Positions 8,119-15,943 of a stretch of DNA of 54,797 bases are shown here, one piece after another. Below the pieces are notes generated by a model, which did no database searches, was not told the origin of the DNA, and was given only the letters and a program-made list of their open reading frames with translations. Every line of letters starts with the position of its first letter. Within the stretch, counting starts at the first letter, position 1. This stretch comes from a virus (taxonomy: Duplodnaviria > Caudoviricetes): IMG/VR virus record IMGVR_UViG_3300046791_000336, positions 1 through 54,797 of that record; one strand, 5' to 3'. Both the position numbers and the translations under genes were made by a program.

Positions 8119-9201
8119 GTGCTGCAAATCCGATTCGACCGCGGCCCGCTAAACCGCCCTACGCGTCTGGCGAATACCTTTGTTGTAGAAGGTTACGCCG
8201 CTAGGACGCATAGTTCTAGCGACCCGCTCCGCTACGACCACGGCGACGAATACCGTGATGCGGCTGAGCTAAAGCGCATTGCTGACCAGCTGTCTGGACT
8301 GCCCGTAACCCTCTCGCATCCGCCTGGGATGCTTAAGAACGGGGCCAAGGGCCGGATTGTCGGTCGTGTTGACTCTGCGTGGGTGGACGGGGACAAGGCT
8401 GGAGTCCGGCTATCGATTACAGACAGCGCAGCGGCCAAGGATATAGAGGCCGGAACCAAGGAGCTGTCTCTCGGATACACGGTCCGGGTAGACGAGCGTG
8501 GCTACCAACGGGATAGCCAGGCAGACCATTTGGCAATCGTCTCTACGGCGCGCTGTGGGGCGACTTGCTCTCTGCGGACCGACGACTCGGCAGCGGGTTC
8601 GTGCGGGTGTGCCAGTCAAATCGACCAATCAAATAGGCCAACGGAAACTTTCCGTATGCCTGATGCAACTGACAAGGACCGCGCCGACGAATTGAGCGGC
8701 GAGAATAAGCAACTCAAAGCTCGAGTCACCGAGCTTGAGGGCCTTATCGCTGCTGGCGCGCAAGCTGCCGAGAGCGACAAGGTTAAAGCCGAGAAGGAGC
8801 GCGCAGACGCGGCCGAGGCGAAGGTCTCTCGTTTCGACGAGACCTTCCTCGGCGCGGTCCGCGCACGCACCAAGCTCGAGCGTGAAGCCGGCACGGTGAT
8901 GGGTCCCGAGTTCCGCATGGACGACATGACGGAGCGACAGATTCACGAGGGCGTTGTGAAGCGCCTCGATGCAAGCACCGATGTCAAGGCTGCCAATGAT
9001 GCCGAGTTGAAAGGCCAGTACACGGCCCTCATCTCGCTCTCGGCCAAGAACACCGAAAGCCAAAAGCGTGTCGCCGAGATTATCGGTCGCACTGCCCAGG
9101 ACACCCGTAAGGACGACTCCCCGTCCTACGAGGAAATCGAAAACAACCGCTGGAAGAAGACTCTCAGCAAGGGCCGCGACGCTGCGGCGGAAGGCCGATA
9201 G
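8119..9201 (+). CDS. DUF2213-type prohead protease/scaffold
   Basis: LPVTLSHP, IEAGTKELSLGY, DHLAIVSTARCG motifs, then charged coiled-coil region. Confidence 0.85.
   Translation: MLQIRFDRGPLNRPTRLANTFVVEGYAARTHSSSDPLRYDHGDEYRDAAELKRIADQLSGLPVTLSHPPGMLKNGAKGRIVGRVDSAWVDGDKAGVRLSITDSAAAKDIEAGTKELSLGYTVRVDERGYQRDSQADHLAIVSTARCGATCSLRTDDSAAGSCGCASQIDQSNRPTETFRMPDATDKDRADELSGENKQLKARVTELEGLIAAGAQAAESDKVKAEKERADAAEAKVSRFDETFLGAVRARTKLEREAGTVMGPEFRMDDMTERQIHEGVVKRLDASTDVKAANDAELKGQYTALISLSAKNTESQKRVAEIIGRTAQDTRKDDSPSYEEIENNRWKKTLSKGRDAAAEGR
8619..8649 (+). promoter_or_regulatory. Internal late promoter within the protease gene
   Basis: AATCGACC (8619-8626)-N17-GAAACT-N6-ATG(8656). Confidence 0.72.
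8656..9201 (+). CDS. Nested in-frame scaffolding protein
   Basis: In-frame ATG at exact promoter spacing, at the protease/coiled-coil boundary (MPDATDKDRADELSGENKQLKARV). Confidence 0.65.
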   Translation: MPDATDKDRADELSGENKQLKARVTELEGLIAAGAQAAESDKVKAEKERADAAEAKVSRFDETFLGAVRARTKLEREAGTVMGPEFRMDDMTERQIHEGVVKRLDASTDVKAANDAELKGQYTALISLSAKNTESQKRVAEIIGRTAQDTRKDDSPSYEEIENNRWKKTLSKGRDAAAEGR

Positions 9202-9203
9202 CC

Positions 9204-9767
9204 ATGCCACAGACCGTAGTCAACAGTGCGCCACCGATTGGCACCCCCGGCGACCTCGCCGACCTCCACACCGCGACGGATGGCGACATCCTCTCGGCGT
9301 CAAACTCCGAAGCAGCCGACCCCATCGTCGTTGGGACGATGGTCAAGCGCGGTACGGCCGAGGGTCTTGCCCTCAAGCTGTCCGACAGCCACGACACGCC
9401 ATTCGGCATCGTAACTCGCTCGCACTATGCGACCCCGTCTGACCTCGAGACACTCGAAGTCGACACCGACGTATTCTTCGACGCGCTCAACCCAGATGTG
9501 ATGATGGGTATCGGCCGCACCGGTCGCTACTACGTCCTCATCGAAGAGAACGTCGACTTCGACGACGACGTCCATGTCCGCGCGGAAGCGTCGACGGGCG
9601 AGGTTGCCGGCGCGTTTGGCGCGAGCGACCAGGGCAACGACACGATCAACTGCTCGGCATTCTGCCGCTACTGCGGCGACTACGACGTCGACGGCGACAC
9701 CGGATTCGGCGTTGCAGTTGTGGAAATCAACATGGGACTCGCCTCCCTCGCAGTGACGGATTCGTAA
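9204..9767 (+). CDS. Capsid decoration/cement protein
   Basis: Position between scaffold and MCP; GTPGDLAD, FGIVTRS and GRYYV pattern. Confidence 0.65.
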   Translation: MPQTVVNSAPPIGTPGDLADLHTATDGDILSASNSEAADPIVVGTMVKRGTAEGLALKLSDSHDTPFGIVTRSHYATPSDLETLEVDTDVFFDALNPDVMMGIGRTGRYYVLIEENVDFDDDVHVRAEASTGEVAGAFGASDQGNDTINCSAFCRYCGDYDVDGDTGFGVAVVEINMGLASLAVTDS

Positions 9768-9781
9768 GGAGCAATTGAGTC

Positions 9782-10732
9782 ATGAAACACAAGGTAAGTG
9801 ATCAACGCCTCGACTCGGGAACTACTGTGTTCCTGGAGCGAGAGCTCACGTCCATCGACCCCGCGAAGTACATGGAGCTCTTCGAGGGTCTCCGTGCGAT
9901 GGACTTCGTCCCGCCCATCTCGGGCATCGCTCCCTACGATCGCTCGTACGAGTACTCGATGTGGGGCATCACGGGCGAGGCGAAGAACCTCGGTCCCAAC
10001 GCTCGCGACCTGCCACGCGTTGGCGTGACCCGCAAGGAAGCTAGCCGCTCGATCTCGCCAATTGGCGCATCGTACGGTTGGACGGTTGACGACATCCGCG
10101 CAGCGGCGGCCAAGGGTGTTCCTCTCGAGGAGACCACGGTAATCGCGGCGATGATGGTCATCAAGCGCCGGCTCGACCAGCGCATTGCGCTTGGCGACAC
10201 AACGCTGGGCTACACCGGTCTCGCGAACGACGCGCAGATCGCGACGGACAACTCGGTCTCGCCGGTCAACACGTGGACCAGCGCGGCTGACAAGCTCGCC
10301 TCGTTGAACAAACTGGTGGCGGACACCCGCGCGCGTTTGCTCCAGGCGACCGAGATGCCCGGTGGCGGTGGAATCCCGGCATTCCAGCGGTTCCAGATTC
10401 TGCTCCCCACGGCGGACTACGCCGCGGTTAAGCAGACTCCTGCCAGCTCAAACTACCCGCAGTCGATTCTCCAGGTGTTCCTGGATAACAACAGCGAGTG
10501 GGTCTCTGGTGTGGCCGAGTGGTCGTTGCTCGAAGGTCTCGACTCGGGTGAAGGTCGCGCAGTTTGCTACCCGCTGAGCCCTGCGGCTCTCGGTCATGCG
10601 ACGGCTCGCCTCTACACCGAGGAGCCCCCGCAGGCGAACGGACTGAATATCGATGTGCCGTGCCATGCCTCGAGTGGTGGTTGCGTTATCAGATATCCAG
10701 TTGCGTTCAGCTACATGAAGCTCGGCGCGTAA
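9782..10732 (+). CDS. Major capsid protein (DUF2184-like, HK97 fold)
   Basis: SD AAGGAG; RLDSGTTVFLERELTSID, YGWTVDDIRAA, GYTGLAN, GGCVIRYP. Confidence 0.88.
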   Translation: MKHKVSDQRLDSGTTVFLERELTSIDPAKYMELFEGLRAMDFVPPISGIAPYDRSYEYSMWGITGEAKNLGPNARDLPRVGVTRKEASRSISPIGASYGWTVDDIRAAAAKGVPLEETTVIAAMMVIKRRLDQRIALGDTTLGYTGLANDAQIATDNSVSPVNTWTSAADKLASLNKLVADTRARLLQATEMPGGGGIPAFQRFQILLPTADYAAVKQTPASSNYPQSILQVFLDNNSEWVSGVAEWSLLEGLDSGEGRAVCYPLSPAALGHATARLYTEEPPQANGLNIDVPCHASSGGCVIRYPVAFSYMKLGA

Positions 10733-10789
10733 TTGTAAATCGGCGCCGTCTGGGAAGAAGTGCCATCGGCGCCCTACCGTGAGGTTCCG

Positions 10790-11116
10790 ATGGCACATCG
10801 TGTTTGGACCGGTTCGTCTTGGCGCCGTATCTCCGATACGGAAGCGCGGCTGCGCCGTAAGCGCGGCGAGCAAGTCGTTACTGACGAGCCAACCGGCGCA
10901 CTGGCGGACATCTTGGCTGAGAAATACAACCAGGTTGCCCCACTACCTCAGTACGCGGAGGCTGTGCTCAATATCGAGGAATCGATGTTCGAGCTCGAGA
11001 TCGAGCCCCAGCCGCCCAACGCATCTCTGATTGTGGCACAGGACGTTCTAGCCGAGTCGCTTACGGAAATGAGCGACGAAGAGCTCGAGCGCCTGACCGC
11101 TCCGGGCATGGAGTAG
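10790..11116 (+). CDS. Hypothetical protein after MCP
   Basis: GAGG SD before ATG 10790; acidic C-terminus LTEMSDEELERL. Confidence 0.55.
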   Translation: MAHRVWTGSSWRRISDTEARLRRKRGEQVVTDEPTGALADILAEKYNQVAPLPQYAEAVLNIEESMFELEIEPQPPNASLIVAQDVLAESLTEMSDEELERLTAPGME

Positions 11117-11118
11117 CC

Positions 11119-11484
11119 GTGTCCGATATCGACTGGACCGATGTCGAGGCGATGCAAGCCAATCTATCGACCGTATCCATGGCTGCGCAGGACCTCATCC
11201 TGGCGTACGTCAACGAATCGCTCAATCCGGGTGCGTTCGGCGGCGAGGATTCGGCAAAGTACACGCTCGCGCGTATCTACCTGGCTGCGCACATGGGCGA
11301 ACTGACGCGCCGCAACGGTGCCGGTAACGTCACGTCCGAGACAATCAGCACCGGGTCAATCTCACTGTCCTACGGTGCCATGTCCACGGATGAGGACGCG
11401 CTACTCCAGACGTCATGGGGTGCGCAATACATGGCGTTTGTGCGTCAGTCCTCGCTCCGTATTGGCGGCGGGCGAACCAGATGA
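11119..11484 (+). CDS. Head-tail adaptor (DUF4054-like)
   Basis: YLAAHM, VTSETISTGSISLSY, QTSWGAQY. Confidence 0.75.
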   Translation: MSDIDWTDVEAMQANLSTVSMAAQDLILAYVNESLNPGAFGGEDSAKYTLARIYLAAHMGELTRRNGAGNVTSETISTGSISLSYGAMSTDEDALLQTSWGAQYMAFVRQSSLRIGGGRTR

Positions 11485-11861
11485 GCCTCGGTAGAGACTT
11501 CTCCGCGCTTACCCTGGCGCGGTTTACTGGCCGGCTGCAGTCAGCAACGCTCACGAGGCCAGCAGAGAGCGCCTACGACGACACCGACCCGACCGCGGCG
11601 CCGACTGGCTCGGGTACGGACTACGACTGTGAGGGGCTGGCGTTTACGTACGAGCGACGTGACGTGGACGGGGTAAGAATCATGAAGTCAGATTTCCAGG
11701 TTGTCATACTGCGCGGGTCCCTATCAATCATCCCAGACACCGGAGACATGATTTCGATTCCGCCACCCGGCGAGTCCTCTGCCGTATCCGCTAGAGTTGT
11801 CAATGTGGATGCGGTAACGGAGGCTTTCCTGACCTTGCAATGCCGCGGACCGGTGTCATAG
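11481..11861 (+). CDS. Head closure/neck protein
   Basis: Synteny; VDGVRI..SD and C-terminal LQCR pattern. Confidence 0.6.
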   Translation: MSLGRDFSALTLARFTGRLQSATLTRPAESAYDDTDPTAAPTGSGTDYDCEGLAFTYERRDVDGVRIMKSDFQVVILRGSLSIIPDTGDMISIPPPGESSAVSARVVNVDAVTEAFLTLQCRGPVS

Positions 11862-11869
11862 AGTGACCA

Positions 11870-12481
11870 ATGGGGAGACCGGTTATTGATATCGCTGGTC
11901 AGAGGTTTGGTCGGCTGACGGTCGTTTCTTTCCACGGGATTCATCAACGCAATAGTGCCTGGCTGTGCGCGTGTGACTGCGGAAAACCAACGATTGCGAC
12001 AGGCCACAAGCTTAAGAGCGGTGGTACCAGGTCGTGCGGGTGCCTAAGGACAGAGATCCGCACGTCGCATGGGCTGGCAGGAACAGACACATACCGTATT
12101 TGGGGAGGGATGTTGTACAGGTGCCGCAATGAACACGATCCGAACTATGGCGGCCGAGGTATACGAGTCTGCGAACGGTGGAAGTCATTCGAAAACTTCC
12201 TGGCAGACATGGGTGAGCGCCCCAGCCAACGGCATTCCATAGATCGATATCCTGACGTCAATGGCGGATACGAGCCCGGAAATTGTCGTTGGGCGACAGA
12301 CGCCGAACAGGCACACAACACCAGATTAACAATCCTGGAACCACACGAGCCGGAACAAATCCGGTGGCTGGCGGGGCTCGGATACCGACAGGCGGATATC
12401 GCTCGATTCTTCGGCGTCACCCCGAGCACCGTTAGCGTGGTGGTTAAGAACAAACAGTGGGTTAGCCAGGTGCGCTCGTGA
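11870..12481 (+). CDS. Free-standing HNH-type homing endonuclease with C-terminal HTH (copy 1)
   Basis: GQRFGRLTV, WLCACDCG, SCGC, YGGRGIRVCERW, SIDRYPDVNGGYEPGNCRWAT. Confidence 0.85.
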   Translation: MGRPVIDIAGQRFGRLTVVSFHGIHQRNSAWLCACDCGKPTIATGHKLKSGGTRSCGCLRTEIRTSHGLAGTDTYRIWGGMLYRCRNEHDPNYGGRGIRVCERWKSFENFLADMGERPSQRHSIDRYPDVNGGYEPGNCRWATDAEQAHNTRLTILEPHEPEQIRWLAGLGYRQADIARFFGVTPSTVSVVVKNKQWVSQVRS

Positions 12482-12996
12482 GCCGCATCGTACGCCGCAC
12501 AACGTCCGCTCCACGTAACGCGCGCATGACCTCGCCGCGCACGAGCACGGGCCGCACCAACTCGCCAGCCGTCATCGGCAAGGACATCCGCGCCGTTCTA
12601 TCTGGCGTGGTCCGCGACGTCATGCTCGACGCTACCCAGGCGCTTATCGCGGCGACCCCGGTGGACACCGGCCATGCCGCAAGCAACTGGATCCTGTCAA
12701 CTGGCAGCCCGCATAGCGGAGTAGACGGATCGCGAGAGGCTGTGTCCACTGGCGCCCAGGATGCTGGACTGGCTGCGATCGAGAGATACGATGTCGGCAA
12801 GGATGGCAAGGTCTACCTCGTAAACAACGTCGACTATATCGGCGACCTAGACCAGGGCTCGTCGCCACAGGCCGGCGCTGGGTTCGTTGCTCGAGCGCTC
12901 CTGTCCGGCGTATCCGCCGCTCCCAAGGGGCGCAAGACGGCAGCCCGCAAGATGCTTAAGGGCATGGCGAAGACAGCGTTTAAGAGGGGCGCATGA
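12478..12996 (+). CDS. HK97 gp10-like neck protein
   Basis: TPVDTGHAASNW, NNVDYIGDL, GSSPQAGAGFV. Confidence 0.8.
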   Translation: MSRIVRRTTSAPRNARMTSPRTSTGRTNSPAVIGKDIRAVLSGVVRDVMLDATQALIAATPVDTGHAASNWILSTGSPHSGVDGSREAVSTGAQDAGLAAIERYDVGKDGKVYLVNNVDYIGDLDQGSSPQAGAGFVARALLSGVSAAPKGRKTAARKMLKGMAKTAFKRGA

Positions 12997-13445
12997 CCCC
13001 GGCAGCAGCATACAAGGCGATTTACCAGGCCTGGATCCTGAACTGGCACACGCTGGCCGGCGGTACCCAGGCTGCGCCGACGGTTCCGTATGGGATTGAC
13101 AACCGAAAAATCACTCAACCTGAGGGTGCGTTTGCGAGTGTAGAGATAACCAATCTCTCGAGCGACCAGGCGACCATGGGCCCCGAGGGCAGGCGCAGGT
13201 TCGAGCGCGCGGGGTTTATTGACGTGCGCTTGTTTGGACCCCGCAATCAGGGGCGCGGTGCACTGGATACGCTTGCCGAATACGTGCGCGATATCTACGA
13301 GTCAACTCGCATTGGCGCGGTCGGCGAAGAGCGCGGGGTAGTCACGCTGGCGATGACAACCACAGAGGTTCGCAATGGCCGAGAGTTCCCAGATATGTGG
13401 TGTCTGCTTTGCAGAACTCCATTTTGGTACCACGAAAAACGTTGA
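12993..13445 (+). CDS. Tail terminator protein
   Basis: Synteny before tail tube; RRFERAGFIDVRLFGPRNQG. Confidence 0.65.
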   Translation: MTPAAAYKAIYQAWILNWHTLAGGTQAAPTVPYGIDNRKITQPEGAFASVEITNLSSDQATMGPEGRRRFERAGFIDVRLFGPRNQGRGALDTLAEYVRDIYESTRIGAVGEERGVVTLAMTTTEVRNGREFPDMWCLLCRTPFWYHEKR

Positions 13446-13578
13446 CGCCCCGGTATCGAGTGCGCAGCATGATTGCGCACGGCTAGCTGCGCAATGACAC
13501 GGCGTGACACGGCGAGACATGGCCGGGCAAGGCAAGGTGGATAAGCGGCAGGTCTGTACGACTGCCGCTGATTCTTTG
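13442..13578 (+). ncRNA. Candidate small RNA unit (promoter, pentamer repeats, terminator hairpin)
   Basis: TTGACG-N17-CAGCAT; palindrome 13460-13480; GRCNN pentamers 13496-13535; hairpin AGCGGCAG/CTGCCGCT then GATTCTTT. Confidence 0.4.
13544..13578 (+). terminator. Putative intrinsic terminator
   Basis: 8-bp GC-rich stem (13544-13551/13562-13569) with a weak T-rich tail. Confidence 0.45.
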
Positions 13579-13583
13579 TCCAA

Positions 13584-13614
13584 AATCGACCGCATACCAA
13601 TCCAGCCTGACGCT
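13584..13614 (+). promoter_or_regulatory. Late promoter upstream of tail tube
   Basis: AATCGACC (13584-13591)-N17-GACGCT-N6-ATG(13621). Confidence 0.78.
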
Positions 13615-13620
13615 TAGCGC

Positions 13621-15135
13621 ATGGCTGAATCAAATGCCGAGGGCCTGAACATTGCCGCGGTCGAAGAGACCGAACAGGGCGACTCTCCGCCGCCGACTAC
13701 TGGCTGGCTGAACCTTGAGGCAGACGCCGTCGGCGATCCGGGACCGCAATACAAGAAGATGGCGCGATCGCCATTCACGATCACGCGCCAGTTGCGCCGA
13801 CCGTTCATCTCCGGTCTTGACGTCGCGCTGACGCTCGACCTGGACGCCATCAAGGATCACGTCGACTTCTTCGGTGAGGCGATGTTCAAGAGTGTGTTCT
13901 TGCACTCTGGCGGCAACGACCAGTCCATGTTCCGTCCGACCGACGTTACCGCGACTGGCTACACGGTCGCCACCAACGGCGACTTCCCCGATGGCACGCT
14001 CGTTGTGGCTCGTGGCTTCCCAGACGCCGAGAACAACGGACTAAAGGTTCTCGCTGGCACGTCAACCGCTACCGAGATCAAGACGTCTGGTCTGGTTGTC
14101 GACGCGGCTCCGCCGAGCAACGTCCAACTCGAGGTTGCGGGCTTTCAGTTCGCAGCGGGCGACTTGGAGCTTGACTCCGACGGCAACCTGACGACGACTA
14201 CCAAGGCGTTTACGGATCTCGGTCTCCAGGTTCATCAGTTCGTTTACCTGCCCAGCCCAACCGAGGTTGACCCGCCGCACTGCTTTGATACAGACGCGTA
14301 TCACGGCTTTGCCGAGATCCTCGAGATCGCCACGAACAAGTTGACGCTGCGCCGGCGCGGCTGGACCCCGGGAATGGCCGACGACGGCGGCGACAACACG
14401 ATCCGCCTGTTCTTCACCAAGTGGATCCGCGACGTGGCACGCAACCACGAGGACGAGAAGCTGGTCTCGCACGCGTTCGAGGTTACTTATTCGGACCTCG
14501 CAGCCGGCCCAGCGGATGCGTACGAATATCTGCTGGGCTACATGCTCGATCAGGTCACGTTCAACATGCCCGCCGAGGCCAAGGTCTCGATGCAGTGCAC
14601 GTTTGTCGGCACATCGGCAAGCGATCCGAGCACGAGCCGTGAGGATGGACCCGAGGATGCGATCAACGTGGTCACGTCTCTCGCTGTCTCGACCAGCTCG
14701 GACGTCACCAGGCTCTCGGTCGATAACGTGGACGAGTCCGGTCTGATGACGGACTTTCAGGATCTGAAGATCATGCTCAAGAACAACATTGCCGGTAAGA
14801 AGGCGGTTGGTGTCCTGGGTAACCGGTTCACTCCGCTCGGCGTGTTTGAGGCGCAGACCGAGGCACAGGTGTACTTCACGGACCCCGAGATCGTGACCTG
14901 CGTACACGACAACCGGATCCTGCGGCTCGCAGCTGGCATGCGTAACGACGACTTCGGCATGCTGCTGGACATCCCGAGCATGGGCGCCATGGAAGCCCCC
15001 AAGACGATCGCACACAACGAGCTGGTGACCATCGCCTCCAAGATGGCCGGCTTCATGGACGCGCTCAGTGGCTTCACCGCTGGCATGTCCGTGTTCGCGT
15101 ATCTGCCGACGATTGCCCCGGGGACTGAGACCTAG
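13621..15135 (+). CDS. Major tail tube protein
   Basis: 504 aa, follows terminator, precedes chaperones and tape measure; acidic and beta-rich, with an insertion domain. Confidence 0.75.
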   Translation: MAESNAEGLNIAAVEETEQGDSPPPTTGWLNLEADAVGDPGPQYKKMARSPFTITRQLRRPFISGLDVALTLDLDAIKDHVDFFGEAMFKSVFLHSGGNDQSMFRPTDVTATGYTVATNGDFPDGTLVVARGFPDAENNGLKVLAGTSTATEIKTSGLVVDAAPPSNVQLEVAGFQFAAGDLELDSDGNLTTTTKAFTDLGLQVHQFVYLPSPTEVDPPHCFDTDAYHGFAEILEIATNKLTLRRRGWTPGMADDGGDNTIRLFFTKWIRDVARNHEDEKLVSHAFEVTYSDLAAGPADAYEYLLGYMLDQVTFNMPAEAKVSMQCTFVGTSASDPSTSREDGPEDAINVVTSLAVSTSSDVTRLSVDNVDESGLMTDFQDLKIMLKNNIAGKKAVGVLGNRFTPLGVFEAQTEAQVYFTDPEIVTCVHDNRILRLAAGMRNDDFGMLLDIPSMGAMEAPKTIAHNELVTIASKMAGFMDALSGFTAGMSVFAYLPTIAPGTET

Positions 15136-15551
15136 TGGGAGACTTCTCGAATTACGAGAAGCAAGGCGCACAGGCTGGCAAGACGGTTCCCTACGAGGTG
15201 ACCGAGCTCGTCAATCCTGACGGCTCGCACCCGCTCGTGCACGTGGAGCACCTCGGCATGGCGAACGCGTCCATCCGCCAGTGGGTGATCGCGCGCGCGG
15301 GTGACAAGGCTGAGGAAAAGAACGACGACAACTTCAGCCAGGATCGTGACCTGGTAGCCAAGCATTGTGCCAAGCGGGTAGAGCGGTTGTTCTTCAGCGA
15401 CGGTACGCAGGCAACCGAGGCGGACATCCCAGACTTCATCCGCAAGATCCCGCTACAGGTGTTCATCCGCATGCGTAACTTTGTGCAGAAGGAAGAGAAC
15501 TTCTGCGAGTTCCCGATTGCCTCGGCGCCCAAAGACATCGCGGAAAAATAA
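15135..15551 (+). CDS. Tail assembly chaperone (gpG-like)
   Basis: Synteny; ends GCG GAA AAA TAA. Confidence 0.7.
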   Translation: MGDFSNYEKQGAQAGKTVPYEVTELVNPDGSHPLVHVEHLGMANASIRQWVIARAGDKAEEKNDDNFSQDRDLVAKHCAKRVERLFFSDGTQATEADIPDFIRKIPLQVFIRMRNFVQKEENFCEFPIASAPKDIAEK

Positions 15552-15943
15552 CGGCCCGGCTCGACTGGGAGGACCAGGCGGCTCACGTCAGACGGTCGAT
15601 CGAGTTGGGTAAGAAGAAGCGCCGGCCACCGACCGCGGACCAGGTAGCGCTTCTTGCGCGCGAGCCCAAGCTTGACATCGGCGAGGTAACCCTCGCGTAC
15701 GCCTACGCTGCGTTGTCTACGTGTCGCCAGGGAGGCATGGGACTGAGTCCTATCCCGATGACGGCTGTGTGGCAGTGGGAGGACCGCAACGGGATAACAG
15801 ATCCTGTGTTGCGCCGGCACTTTGAAGGCGTCATCTCCGCGATTGACTCGATTACGCTGCAAAGGGCGAATCGACCACAGGCAAAGCAAGAGGCACCATC
15901 TAAGAGTGAGCACCCGAAGATGGGTGGAAGGCGGCGAGCATGA
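15548..15943 (+). CDS. Tail assembly chaperone extension (gpGT-like, -1 frameshift product)
   Basis: -1 frame is open from the GGAAAAA site (ITARLDWEDQ...LSTCRQGGMGLSPIPMTAV); no convincing independent start. Confidence 0.7.
   Translation: MTARLDWEDQAAHVRRSIELGKKKRRPPTADQVALLAREPKLDIGEVTLAYAYAALSTCRQGGMGLSPIPMTAVWQWEDRNGITDPVLRRHFEGVISAIDSITLQRANRPQAKQEAPSKSEHPKMGGRRRA
15869..15899 (+). promoter_or_regulatory. Late promoter motif upstream of tape measure gene
   Basis: AATCGACC (15869-15876)-N17-CACCAT-N6-G(15906); gives a 34-nt leader with GGAAGG before ATG 15940. Confidence 0.6.

Noticed and set aside
10738-10745. AATCGGCG after the capsid gene as a late promoter
   Set aside because: Two mismatches and no start codon at the +30 position.
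13496-13535. Pentamer tract as a CRISPR array; Cas4-like gene as part of a CRISPR system
   Set aside because: No repeat-spacer structure and no other cas genes; the nuclease sits in a standard Sak4/SSB recombination module.
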